Source: Edaphobacter aggregans (GTDB lineage Bacteria > Acidobacteriota > Terriglobia > Terriglobales > Acidobacteriaceae). Taken from it: a stretch of 32,000 bases of DNA. Under the pieces are notes generated by a model. That model did no database searches. It was not told the DNA's origin and worked only from the letters and a program-made list of their open reading frames with translations. A program made the translations under genes and the position numbers. Positions 8,473 through 18,023 of this stretch are shown here, in pieces (the first letter of the stretch is position 1; the number at the start of each line of letters is the position of its first letter). The stretch spans positions 3,750,001 through 3,782,000 of the forward strand of contig NZ_RSDW01000001.1 of assembly GCF_003945235.1 (NCBI RefSeq), read 5' to 3'.

Positions 8473-9540
8473 ATGAAAGCTCTGCTTCTTTCCGAGTACA
8501 AACATCTGAAGGTGACCGATCTTCCGATGCCTTCTGTTGAGCCGGATGAAGTCTTGGTGCAGGTGGCGGCTTGCGGGATCTGCGGGAGCGATGTGCATGG
8601 ATACGATGGCTCGTCGGGGCGGCGGATTCCTCCTGTGGTGATGGGCCATGAGGCTGCGGGAGTCGTCGCGGCTGTCGGTGCGGCTGTGCCTGGGTTCGCG
8701 GTGGGCGACAGGGTTACGTTCGATTCGACGGTGTACTGCGGTGTTTGCGAGTTCTGCCTCCGGGGCGAGGTGAATCTCTGCAACAACCGTCAGGTGCTTG
8801 GGGTGTCATGTGGCGAGTATCGACGCGCGGGAGCGTTTGCGGAGTTTGTTGCGGTACCCGGGAGGATTCTTTATAAGCTGCCGGACGCATTGTCGTTCGC
8901 TGAGGCAGCGATGCTTGAGGCGGTGTCGGTTGCGCTGCATGGGGTACGGGTTGCGGAGCTCAAAGGCGGTGAATCCGCTCTGGTGATCGGTGCGGGGATG
9001 ATCGGGTTGCTGTTGCTGCAGGCGGCAAAGGTGGCTGGATGTTCGCGCGTGCTGGTGGCCGACATCGACGAGACGAGGCTCGCGAGGGCCAGAGAGCTTG
9101 GAGCCGATGAGATTCTGCACGCGAGCGGTGATGCACTGGTGCGGGAGATCAATTGGCTCACGGACGGCCGTGGAATGGATGTTGTGTTCGAGGCCGTGGG
9201 CCGGAACGAGACGGTAACAGGCGCTATCGACTGCGTGCGCAAAGGAGGCACGGTAACACTTGTAGGCAATATCTCGCCTGAGGTCACGTTGCCGTTGCAG
9301 AAGGTCGTATCACGGCAGATTCGGCTGCAGGGGTCGTGCGCTTCGGCGGGAGAGTATCCACAGGCGATGGAGTTGATGTCGCAAGGGAAGATTAGGGTAG
9401 GGCCGCTGATTACGGCTGTCGCTCCGATAAGCGATGGCCCGCGGTGGTTCGAGCGCCTGCATGGAGGGGAGCCGAATCTAATGAAGGTGGTGCTCGACCC
9501 ACGCGAATTTCAGGACGAACCTGAAGGTATGGTGCGGTGA
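8473..9540 (+). CDS. Zinc-dependent alcohol/polyol dehydrogenase (MDR family; sorbitol, threonine or L-idonate dehydrogenase-like)
   Basis: MKALLL... N-terminus. Catalytic Zn motifs CGICGSDVH and GHEAAGVV. Structural Zn cluster CGVCEFCLRGEVNLC. Rossmann VIGAGMIGLL. The ATG at 8473 is preferred over the TTG at 8446 and the ATG at 8449. Confidence 0.85.
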   Translation: MKALLLSEYKHLKVTDLPMPSVEPDEVLVQVAACGICGSDVHGYDGSSGRRIPPVVMGHEAAGVVAAVGAAVPGFAVGDRVTFDSTVYCGVCEFCLRGEVNLCNNRQVLGVSCGEYRRAGAFAEFVAVPGRILYKLPDALSFAEAAMLEAVSVALHGVRVAELKGGESALVIGAGMIGLLLLQAAKVAGCSRVLVADIDETRLARARELGADEILHASGDALVREINWLTDGRGMDVVFEAVGRNETVTGAIDCVRKGGTVTLVGNISPEVTLPLQKVVSRQIRLQGSCASAGEYPQAMELMSQGKIRVGPLITAVAPISDGPRWFERLHGGEPNLMKVVLDPREFQDEPEGMVR

Positions 9541-10355
9541 CGATGAGTGATGGATTGTTTGATCTGAGCGGTCAGGTAGCATTGGTCAGCGGTGCCAGTC
9601 GGGGATTGGGTCAGCACTTCGGACGTGCGTTGGCGAAGGCAGGTGCCGACCTCATCGTCACGAGCCGCAAGGTCGATGACTTGACGGCGTTTGTCGCGGA
9701 GATTGAGGCTCTAGGGCGCAAGGCGATTCCGCTGGAATTGGACGTTCGCGATCAAGGCAGCATCGAACGAATGGCCGCAGCAGCTGAGGCGGCGGTGGGG
9801 CAGGTGCACATTCTGGTCAACAACGCCGGATGCAATGTCAGGAAGCCCGCGCTCGACGTGACGTGGGACGACTGGAATCTTGTGCTGGATACGAATCTGC
9901 GCGGAAGTTTTTTTGTGGCGCAGCAGATGGCTCGTCGCATGGTGAAGCATGGGTATGGGCGGATCATCAATATCGGCTCGGTGACGAGCGTGTTTGGGTA
10001 TTCGGGGCTGGCTCCGTATGGTGCGAGCAGGGGTGGCGTGCGGCAACTCACGATGAGCCTTGCGGATGACTGGGGCAAGTACGGGATTACGGTGAACTGC
10101 CTTGCTCCGGGGTGGTTCAAAACGGAGCAGAACAAAGTGTTGTACGAGAGCAAGGAATGGGTAGAGTATCTGGTGGACCGGATTCCGTTGAAGCGGCCGG
10201 GGCAGGCACACGATCTGGATGGAGCCGTGGTGTTTCTTGCTTCGGAGGCCAGCCGCTACGTGACCGGCCAGACGCTGCTGGTCGACGGAGGAATTTCAAC
10301 CGGGGCTATGCGCGCGACCGTGCAGGCTCCTGCGAATGCAGATAAGGAGAAGTGA
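9537..10355 (+). CDS. SDR-family oxidoreductase (gluconate 5-dehydrogenase / ketoacyl reductase-like)
   Basis: VSGASRGLG cofactor motif, NNAG, and a catalytic YxxxK-type region (YGASRGG). The start (GTG 9537 or ATG 9543) overlaps or abuts the ADH stop, which suggests co-translation. Confidence 0.85.
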   Translation: MTMSDGLFDLSGQVALVSGASRGLGQHFGRALAKAGADLIVTSRKVDDLTAFVAEIEALGRKAIPLELDVRDQGSIERMAAAAEAAVGQVHILVNNAGCNVRKPALDVTWDDWNLVLDTNLRGSFFVAQQMARRMVKHGYGRIINIGSVTSVFGYSGLAPYGASRGGVRQLTMSLADDWGKYGITVNCLAPGWFKTEQNKVLYESKEWVEYLVDRIPLKRPGQAHDLDGAVVFLASEASRYVTGQTLLVDGGISTGAMRATVQAPANADKEK

Positions 10356-10357
10356 TG

Positions 10358-11416
10358 ATGAAGGTGTTGCGAAGGGTGTGTCTGCTGGCTGTGGTTGGGA
10401 TTCTTGCGAGTGCGACAATGGGGGCCAGGGCGCAGAAGTCTGAAAGCACAGCGGACAAACTGCGGATTTATTTCATCGATGTCGAAGGCGGGCAGGCGAC
10501 GCTGTTCGTTACGCCGAAGGGCGAGTCGCTACTGATCGACACGGGCTGGCCGGGCAACGAGTATCGTGATGCCGACCGAATCGCTGCCACAGCGAAGAGA
10601 GCTGGATTGAGCAAGATTGACTACGTCCTAATCACGCACTTCCACGACGATCACGTCGGTGGCGTGCCTCAGCTGGTACAGCGAATTCCGGTTGGAGCGT
10701 TTATCGATCATGGGCAAAATCGCGAACTCGACAATGCTCCAACCGTGCGCGATTTTGCGGCGTATGAGAAGGTGATCGCCGACGGGAAATACAAGCGAAT
10801 CCTAGCGCGGCCAGGTGACGTTCTCCCGATTGCTGGGATGCATGTCACAGTCGTGAGCGCGGATGGAAACCTGTTGCCGGGATCATTGCCGGGAGGCGGG
10901 CAAGCGAATGCGTTCTGCAAGGCTTCGGAAGTGCGTCCAGCGGACAAGACGGAGAACAGCCGGTCGCTTGGGGTGCAGATTTCGTTCGGCAACCTGAAAC
11001 TGCTCGATCTTGGCGACCTGACATGGGACAAGGAGATGGAGCTGATGTGTCCGACGAATAAGCTGGGCAAGGTCGATGTGCTCATCGTCTCGCATCATGG
11101 GTGGTATCAGAGCTCGAGCCCCGCGCTGGTCGATGCGGTTCATCCGCGCGTGGCGATTATGGACAACAGCGAGAAGAAGGGCGGATCGACGCCTACGCTC
11201 GTGACTATTGCGAAGTCTCCGGGGCTTGAGACATTGTGGCAGCTGCACTATTCGGCTGAAGGTAGCGAGGCGCACAACACGGCGGCGGAGTATATTGCGA
11301 ATCCGCTGGGGACGGACGCCGGACATTTTTTGGAACTGATCGGGAACCCAGACGGGAGCTTCGATGTGCGAAACGAGCGCACAGGCGCGACGAAACATTA
11401 TGCGGCCGCTCACTAA
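10358..11416 (+). CDS. Secreted MBL-fold metallo-hydrolase
   Basis: Signal peptide MKVLRRVCLLAVVGILASATMGARAQ. HxHxDH motif ITHFHDDHVGG. Later VSHHG. Three adjacent starts are possible (GTG 10352, ATG 10355, ATG 10358). I chose 10358 because of its spacing from AAGGAG at 10344-10349. Confidence 0.8.
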   Translation: MKVLRRVCLLAVVGILASATMGARAQKSESTADKLRIYFIDVEGGQATLFVTPKGESLLIDTGWPGNEYRDADRIAATAKRAGLSKIDYVLITHFHDDHVGGVPQLVQRIPVGAFIDHGQNRELDNAPTVRDFAAYEKVIADGKYKRILARPGDVLPIAGMHVTVVSADGNLLPGSLPGGGQANAFCKASEVRPADKTENSRSLGVQISFGNLKLLDLGDLTWDKEMELMCPTNKLGKVDVLIVSHHGWYQSSSPALVDAVHPRVAIMDNSEKKGGSTPTLVTIAKSPGLETLWQLHYSAEGSEAHNTAAEYIANPLGTDAGHFLELIGNPDGSFDVRNERTGATKHYAAAH

Positions 11417-11487
11417 GGCGCGATGAAGCTTGTTGCCCATTAGATGGTAGGAGCGCATCAATCTTTGATGGGGTTTAGGATTACTGC

Positions 11488-12372
11488 ATGGACTGGAAGA
11501 GCAAACGGATCAGTACCCTGCTGGAGGCGGCACTGGCCGAAGATAAAGTCGCCAATGACATTACAACGGCCCTCACGATCGCCCCTGGCCTTCGGGCGTC
11601 GGGAACGATCATCGCCAAAGAAGCCTGCGTCGTCTCGGGACTGGGCTGCATTCCTGCATTCCTCGATATCTTCGCGAAGATGGCTGGCGGAAAGGTGGGG
11701 CGATTCGAGGTCGTCAGCCATCCGGAAATCTTTGACGGCGTGAAGGTGAAGAAGGGGCAGACGCTGGCTGTAATTCGACACAATGCTGCCGCGATCCTTT
11801 CGTGCGAACGCGTGATTCTGAATTTGATGCAGCGCATGAGCGGCATCGCAACCCTTACGAACGAGTTCGTGCGCGCGGTCGCGGGTACGAAGACCAAGGT
11901 GCTCGACACACGCAAGACAATCCCAGGCCTACGCGCGCTAGACAAGTACGCGGTCTGCTGTGGTGGAGGTGTGAATCACCGACTCGATCTGCAGGACGGC
12001 ATCCTGATCAAGAACAATCACATCTCGCTTGGCGGCGGGCTGCCCGTCGTGCTCGAGCGTGCGCTTGCCGGACGCAAGGCTGGACAGATCGTGCAGGTCG
12101 AAGTGCGCAGCCAACAGGAACTCGACCAGGCGATCGCCGGGGGAGCTGAGTCCATCTTGCTGGATAACATGACGCCGGCGGCGGTGAAGAAGGCTGTGAA
12201 GCAGATTCGGACTGCGCTGCCTGGGGTGCCAATCGAGGCCTCGGGCAACATGAATTTGAAGACGGTGCGCAAGTACGCGCTAGCGGGAGTCGATTTTGTT
12301 TCGGTCGGGGCTCTGACGCACTCTGCCGCGGCGACGGACCTCAGCATGCGCATCACAGCGGACTTGTACTAG
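11488..12372 (+). CDS. nadC: Nicotinate-nucleotide diphosphorylase (carboxylating) / quinolinate phosphoribosyltransferase
   Basis: Characteristic LDTRKTIPGLRALDKYAVCCGGGVNHRLDLQDGILIKNNHI and C-terminal SVGALTHS. Length 294 aa. Confidence 0.9.
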   Translation: MDWKSKRISTLLEAALAEDKVANDITTALTIAPGLRASGTIIAKEACVVSGLGCIPAFLDIFAKMAGGKVGRFEVVSHPEIFDGVKVKKGQTLAVIRHNAAAILSCERVILNLMQRMSGIATLTNEFVRAVAGTKTKVLDTRKTIPGLRALDKYAVCCGGGVNHRLDLQDGILIKNNHISLGGGLPVVLERALAGRKAGQIVQVEVRSQQELDQAIAGGAESILLDNMTPAAVKKAVKQIRTALPGVPIEASGNMNLKTVRKYALAGVDFVSVGALTHSAAATDLSMRITADLY

Positions 12373-12379
12373 GTTGGCC

Positions 12380-13204
12380 ATGACTGCGCTCGATCTGCAA
12401 GCAGTAGAGGCGGAGATCGTTGGGACGGAGTTCGCCGGACGGATCCTCCATTTTCCTCTGGTTGGATCGACGAACGTGTTGGCGCTTGAGGCAGCGCAGG
12501 CCGGAACGCGGAGTGGCGTTTGGGTCGCCGATGAACAGACGGCTGGGCGCGGTCGCGGCGGCCACGGATGGCACTCTGTGGCGGGAGACGGTCTCTACGT
12601 CAGTGCACTCACCGCTCCCGCGATTCCTCTGACGATGGCGAGTTGGCTGCCGTTGGCAACCGGGCTGGCCGCTCAGTCGGCGATTGCAGCGGTCACGGGA
12701 CTGCATGCGGACATTCGCTGGCCGAATGATCTGCTGCTGAATGGGCGAAAGTGCGGCGGCATCCTCGTCGAGACGGGATCGATTGCAGGAAGGCAGAACG
12801 AGCCTGAGATGTTGCGGTATGCAGTGATCGGCGTAGGGATCAACCTCAATCACATGAGCTTTCCGTCGGAGCTTGAAACACTGGCTACTTCGTTGCGGAA
12901 AGAAGGTTGCAGGGCAATATCGAGAGACGCACTTCTGGCTGGATTATTACGCTCTCTTGACGAAGAAATACGCAAGCTCGTCCGACAATATCGGGGAACG
13001 TTGAATGGAGCCGGTTTGCTTGAGCGTTTTGCCTCGGCCTCGACGTGGGTCAAGGGCAAGCGCGTCCACGTCGAAGAGGCTGGCGGCTATACTGGCGTGA
13101 CGGCCGGACTGGATATGCGCGGTTTTCTGCAGGTGGCCGGCGACGACGGCGTTCTGCACACCGTTCTCTCTGGCGGCGTTCGGGCGCTTGCACAAGATCA
13201 ATAA
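12380..13204 (+). CDS. birA: Biotin--[acetyl-CoA-carboxylase] ligase (group I, no N-terminal HTH)
   Basis: GRGRGGHGWHS biotin/ATP loop and RWPNDLLLNGRKCGGILVE. The ATG at 12380 is preferred over the TTG at 12374. The protein begins directly with the catalytic domain. Confidence 0.85.
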   Translation: MTALDLQAVEAEIVGTEFAGRILHFPLVGSTNVLALEAAQAGTRSGVWVADEQTAGRGRGGHGWHSVAGDGLYVSALTAPAIPLTMASWLPLATGLAAQSAIAAVTGLHADIRWPNDLLLNGRKCGGILVETGSIAGRQNEPEMLRYAVIGVGINLNHMSFPSELETLATSLRKEGCRAISRDALLAGLLRSLDEEIRKLVRQYRGTLNGAGLLERFASASTWVKGKRVHVEEAGGYTGVTAGLDMRGFLQVAGDDGVLHTVLSGGVRALAQDQ

Positions 13205-13222
13205 TCAGACGGAAGAACGAAG

Positions 13223-14029
13223 ATGCTACTGGCACTCGATGTCGGCAATACCAACACGGTACTTGGACTCTACAAACAAGGTGCTGACGGCACGCACTCG
13301 GAGATAGTGGCGAACTGGCGCATCACCACATCGGCCAACTATACGGTGGACGAGTTTGGCGTTCTGCTGCGCGATCTCTTTAGTTTGCGCGGTTTGGAAA
13401 CCGCAATTGTGAACGGTATTGTGATCTCGTCGGTGGTGCCACCGTTAGATTCGGCGCTGCGCCATGTCTGTGAACTCTACTTCAAACTGAAGCCGCTGTT
13501 CATTGAGCCAGGAGTAAAGACAGGGTTGCCGATCCTGACCGACAATCCGTCCGAGGTGGGTGCAGACCGCATCGTTAATTGTGTCGCGGCCTTCGAGCGA
13601 TTCGGCGGCCCGGCAATCGTAATCGACATGGGTACAGCGACTACCTTCGACGTCATATCGAAGAAGGGCGAGTTCCTCGGCGGCGCTATTGCCCCTGGCT
13701 TGAAGATCTCCGCCGAGGCGCTCTTCGCCCGCGCTGCACGCCTGCAACGCGTCGATGTAAAGAAACCCGCTAAAGTCATTGGTACCAACACCGTCGACAA
13801 TATCCAGATCGGCCTTTACTACGGCTACATCGGCCTCGTCGACGGCATCCTCGAGCGCATGATCGCAGAGCTTGGCCCGGAGACGAAGACGGTGGCGACT
13901 GGTGGCTTGGCAAAGCTGATCGCAGGCGGATCGAAGTACATCGCCGAGGTGGACGATATGCTGACGCTCAACGGCCTGCGCATCATCTACGAGCGTAATG
14001 TCGATCGCAGCAGGAAACGCGCGACATAG
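13223..14029 (+). CDS. coaX: Type III pantothenate kinase
   Basis: MLLALDVGNTNTVLGLY N-terminus, GADR, IVIDMGTATTFD. Adjacency of birA and coaX is a common arrangement. Confidence 0.9.
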   Translation: MLLALDVGNTNTVLGLYKQGADGTHSEIVANWRITTSANYTVDEFGVLLRDLFSLRGLETAIVNGIVISSVVPPLDSALRHVCELYFKLKPLFIEPGVKTGLPILTDNPSEVGADRIVNCVAAFERFGGPAIVIDMGTATTFDVISKKGEFLGGAIAPGLKISAEALFARAARLQRVDVKKPAKVIGTNTVDNIQIGLYYGYIGLVDGILERMIAELGPETKTVATGGLAKLIAGGSKYIAEVDDMLTLNGLRIIYERNVDRSRKRAT

Positions 14030-14046
14030 GGTATCTCCATTACGCC

Positions 14047-14790
14047 CTACATACTCAGAACACGCACTGCAGCCGCAGCCAAAGCGGCGCCAGCCAATGG
14101 GCCGAAAATGGGCACCCATGCATATCGCCAGCCTGATCCACCCTTACCTGCGATCGGCAGCACAGAGTGAGCGATGCGGGGACCGAAGTCCCGGGCGGGA
14201 TTGATCGCATACCCCGTCGTCCCGCCTAACGAGAGCCCAATCCCCCAGACCAGCGCACCTACCAGCATCGGTCCCAACCCCGCTGCAACTCCGGCCGGAG
14301 AAACACGCTTCGAGAACAGAGCGGTCGCGACCAGCACCAACACGAACGTCCCAAGCACTTCGCTGAAGAAGTTCCACATCGGTCGATACACTGCAGGCGC
14401 AGTCGCAAAGCAGGCAAACTTCGCATCCGCGTCTTCGGTGAGCTCCCAGTGCGGCTTGTACTGTAGCCACACTGCAACGGCTCCACAGAACGCCCCAAGA
14501 AGCTGTGCCGGAATGTAGGTGATCAAACGGATCGGATTTCCCGTCATCATCACAGAAGCAAGGGTGAACGCCGGGTTGAGGTGGCCATCGGCATCACCCA
14601 GCGCAGCACTGACAGCGACTCCAGCAAACACCGCGACCGCCCACCCGGTCGTGATCGAGATCCACCCAGCATTCTGCGCCTTCGATTTATTCAGAAGCGC
14701 GCCGGCGACAACTCCATTACCTAGCACGATTAACACGAACGTCCCGACGAATTCACCAATAACGGCAGACCAATTGACCATAACCCTCAT
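14047..14790 (-). CDS. glpF: MIP-family aquaglyceroporin (glycerol uptake facilitator)
   Basis: Two NPA boxes (HLNPAFTLA and AINPARDFGPR) and six-TM style hydrophobicity. Last gene of the glpK-glpD-glpF run. Confidence 0.85.
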   Translation of the reverse strand: MRVMVNWSAVIGEFVGTFVLIVLGNGVVAGALLNKSKAQNAGWISITTGWAVAVFAGVAVSAALGDADGHLNPAFTLASVMMTGNPIRLITYIPAQLLGAFCGAVAVWLQYKPHWELTEDADAKFACFATAPAVYRPMWNFFSEVLGTFVLVLVATALFSKRVSPAGVAAGLGPMLVGALVWGIGLSLGGTTGYAINPARDFGPRIAHSVLPIAGKGGSGWRYAWVPIFGPLAGAALAAAAVRVLSM

Positions 14791-16355
14791 TCACCTTTGT
14801 AGACATACCCTTGTGCTACTGCATAAAAATTCGCGAGATCCTTATCCCGCCACGCTTCCGTGCGGCTGAGTTCCTCCGCCAGCAGATCGGCAACGACGGG
14901 TGCTGCTTCCATCGCTGCCCGCGCATCCAGAAATAGCGCACGTGTTCGACGAGCCAGTACATCCTCGACGGTGCGCGCCATCTCGTAGCGCGCGGCCCAG
15001 ACTACCTCCCGCAACCGATAAGGAAGCCGCGGATGCAGCAGCGTGCTCAGCGTGGAGTCGTGGTCCGAGAGCGCCTGAATCAGCGGCAGATCGGTCCCAT
15101 ACACTCGCTCCGGCTCCGCAATGCCGGCCGAGTCATCCGTCCATCCATGCAGCTTCAGATCGAGCGTCCGCGAAGCTACCTTGGGCAAGCCCGCAACATC
15201 CACAGCGTGGTCGATCGCATCCTGGCCCATTTTGCGATACGTTGTCCACTTGCCCCCGGTCACCGTCACCAATCCCGACTGCGAGACCAGTACAGTGTGA
15301 TCGCGCGACAGCTTCGACGTCGTTCCATGTCCCTTGCGAACAAGCGGGCGAAGTCCAGACCAGACGCTGAGAATCTCCTCGACACGCGGCTTGCGTCCAA
15401 AGTATTGAGCGATGTGCTCAAACAAGAACTTCCGCTCAGAAGCCAGCGAACGCGGTTCCGCAGAAGCACGATCGACCGGCTCATCTGTAGTTCCCACAAC
15501 AGTCGCTCCGTGCCACGGAATGGCGAAGAGCACTCGTCCATCAGAGGTCTTCGGAATCATCATCGCCGCACCGCCCGGGAGGAAAGACTGCGGCAGAACA
15601 AAGTGCGTCCCCTGGCTCACCGACAGCAATGATCCGGGCTCTGCTCCATCCATCGCGAGAATCTCTTCGGTGAATACACCGCCCGCATTCACAACAACCT
15701 TCGTGGTGATATCAAATCGCGCATCGCTCTCGCAGTCACGCGCTTGAATCCCCACCGTCTTTCCGTTCGACTTCAGTAAACCAGTCGCTTCGACATAATT
15801 GATTGCAGTTCCGCCCAGATCCTGAAATGTTCGCAGCAGCGCGACTATGTAGCGAGCATCGTCGAACTGCCCGTCGTGATACAATACGCCGCCTTTAAGA
15901 CCATCGCCTGCGATGCCCGGCAGCATCTCAAGTGTCTTGTCACGTGAGAGTAACCGCGAAGACCCAAACGAAAATCGACCAGAGAGCCGCTCATACACCT
16001 TCAAGCCAAATCCGTAATAGGGAAGCCCGAAGTAGTTGAACACCGGCACGACAAACGATAGATCGTGCACCAGATGAGGAGCGTTGCGCAGCATGTGTCC
16101 GCGCTCCCGCAGCGCATCGAGCACGAGCGTTACATTCATCTGCTCCAGATACCGCACCCCGCCATGCACCAGCTTCGTGCTGCGGCTCGAGGTTCCTTTG
16201 GCGAAGTCATCACGCTCCACGAGCACCGTGCGGAATCCCCGCGCCGCCGCCTCAACCGCAGCACCGAGACCCGTTGCGCCGCCGCCGATCACCAACACAT
16301 CCCACAGCTCAGTCTGCTCGCCCAGCTGGCGCAGAAGCTCATCGCGTCCGGTCAA
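14787..16355 (-). CDS. glpD: FAD-dependent glycerol-3-phosphate dehydrogenase/oxidase
   Basis: [22 protein letters not shown] dinucleotide fold and [20 protein letters not shown] signature. 4-nt overlaps with glpK upstream and glpF downstream. Confidence 0.9.
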   Translation of the reverse strand: MTGRDELLRQLGEQTELWDVLVIGGGATGLGAAVEAAARGFRTVLVERDDFAKGTSSRSTKLVHGGVRYLEQMNVTLVLDALRERGHMLRNAPHLVHDLSFVVPVFNYFGLPYYGFGLKVYERLSGRFSFGSSRLLSRDKTLEMLPGIAGDGLKGGVLYHDGQFDDARYIVALLRTFQDLGGTAINYVEATGLLKSNGKTVGIQARDCESDARFDITTKVVVNAGGVFTEEILAMDGAEPGSLLSVSQGTHFVLPQSFLPGGAAMMIPKTSDGRVLFAIPWHGATVVGTTDEPVDRASAEPRSLASERKFLFEHIAQYFGRKPRVEEILSVWSGLRPLVRKGHGTTSKLSRDHTVLVSQSGLVTVTGGKWTTYRKMGQDAIDHAVDVAGLPKVASRTLDLKLHGWTDDSAGIAEPERVYGTDLPLIQALSDHDSTLSTLLHPRLPYRLREVVWAARYEMARTVEDVLARRTRALFLDARAAMEAAPVVADLLAEELSRTEAWRDKDLANFYAVAQGYVYKGE

Positions 16356-17860
16356 CCTTCAGCCTCCTCCTCTTTCGTCCAGCCTTCTGCACGTCCCAAA
16401 GCTTTGCGCCAGGAAGCCCGTACCTTGCCCCTGGCCGCCGCGTCTATCACAGGACTGAAGACGCGATCCATCTGCCACTGCCGCGCAATCGTTTCTTTGT
16501 TGGGCCAATATCCCATAGCAAGACCAGCTAGATAAGCCGCGCCCATCACTGTGGCCTCGGCGTTCTTCGGCCGCACAACTTCGATCCCAAGCACATCGGC
16601 TTGAATCTGCATTAGCAAGTTGTTCGCTGAGGCCCCACCATCCACACGCAACTGCGCGAGCGGCAAACCCGAGTCCGCCTGCATCGCACCAAGCACGTCC
16701 GTCACCTGCAGGGCGATTCCTTCTAGCGCAGCCCTGGCGATGTGCGCCCGCGTCGTTCCCCGTGTCATTCCCAGCAGAGCACCGCGCGCATACTGATCCC
16801 AATGCGGAGCCCCCAGTCCGGCAAACGCCGGTACGAGTACGACTCCATTTGAGCTAGAAACCGACGCTGCCAACTCTTCCACCTCAGCCGACGTGCGAAT
16901 CACCCGCAACTCATCCCGCAGCCACTGCACTACGGCGCCAGCCATCAGCATGCTTCCTTCCAGCGCGTATTCGACCTTGTCGCCGATCTGCCACGCAATA
17001 GTCGTCAGCAACCGATTCTTCGAGGCCATCGGCTGCGTTCCCGTGTGGAGCAGCATGAAAGCCCCCGTCCCAAACGTGCACTTCGCCATCCCTGGTTCTG
17101 TGCACATCTGCCCAAATAGCGCAGCCTGCTGGTCGCCCGCAATCCCCGCAATGGCGATCCCCGCAAAGAGACCGCGTGTAGTTCCGCAGTGCCCGCTCGA
17201 AGCCACAACCTCCGGCAGCATCGATCGCGGAACATCTAATAGCCGCAGTAACTCCTCGTCCCACTCAAGCGTGTGAATGTTGTAGAGCATCGTCCGCGAG
17301 GCATTAGTCGCATCCGTGACATGCCTCTCCCCCTGTGTAAGCTTCCAGATCAACCAGCTGTCGACAGTCCCAAAAGCAAGCTTCCCCGCCTCAGCCCGCG
17401 CCCGCGCACCATCCACGTTATTCAGGATCCAGTTGAGCTTGCTCCCCGAAAAGTACGCATCCGGAATCAATCCCGTCTTCTCCTGGATCATCGCACCATC
17501 ACCGCGGTTCCGCAGCGCATCGCAAAATGCCGCCGTACGTCGATCCTGCCAGACGATGGCGTTGTAAATCGGCTCGCCAGTCTCGCGGTCCCAGACAACG
17601 GTCGTCTCACGCTGATTCGTAATTCCGATAGTAGCGATATCGTGTTCTGTCAGGTCCGCAGCGGCAAGAGCCTCAGTCGCAACGCCGCTTTGTGAAGACC
17701 ATATCTCGGTCGGCGAATGCTCGACCCACCCCGGCTGAGGAAAGATCTGTCGAAAAGGTCGCTGCGCAATCGACACCACGCTGCCCGCTTCATCCACCAC
17801 CATCGCACGCGAACTCGTCGTCCCCTGATCCAGCGCAAGAATGTACTGTTTACCCGCCAA
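16352..17860 (-). CDS. glpK: Glycerol kinase
   Basis: [17 protein letters not shown]-terminus, [13 protein letters not shown] and [12 protein letters not shown], typical of FGGY-family GlpK. 502 aa. Confidence 0.95.
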   Translation of the reverse strand: MAGKQYILALDQGTTSSRAMVVDEAGSVVSIAQRPFRQIFPQPGWVEHSPTEIWSSQSGVATEALAAADLTEHDIATIGITNQRETTVVWDRETGEPIYNAIVWQDRRTAAFCDALRNRGDGAMIQEKTGLIPDAYFSGSKLNWILNNVDGARARAEAGKLAFGTVDSWLIWKLTQGERHVTDATNASRTMLYNIHTLEWDEELLRLLDVPRSMLPEVVASSGHCGTTRGLFAGIAIAGIAGDQQAALFGQMCTEPGMAKCTFGTGAFMLLHTGTQPMASKNRLLTTIAWQIGDKVEYALEGSMLMAGAVVQWLRDELRVIRTSAEVEELAASVSSSNGVVLVPAFAGLGAPHWDQYARGALLGMTRGTTRAHIARAALEGIALQVTDVLGAMQADSGLPLAQLRVDGGASANNLLMQIQADVLGIEVVRPKNAEATVMGAAYLAGLAMGYWPNKETIARQWQMDRVFSPVIDAAARGKVRASWRKALGRAEGWTKEEEAEG

Positions 17861-18023
17861 GTTGCTCTACCCCAACTTCCTCGCAAAGCTAGAGCACACG
17901 CTCCGCCCGCAAAAATGGTTCGAGCAACTTTACATTGGGCCTGCCCGTTAGACCAGTCCCTACTCAGTCGCGCTGGGCGATATCAATGATTCGCAACGTT
18001 GTGTCAGAGGCTGTACACAAGCG

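Noticed and set aside
17999-18020. Hairpin TTGTGTCAG-agg-CTG(T)ACACAA, 3 nt after the M2 peptidase stop codon.
   Set aside because: It has a 3-nt loop and a bulge, and no U-tract follows on the minus-strand transcript. It may still stabilise the mRNA 3' end, but I cannot support calling it an intrinsic terminator.
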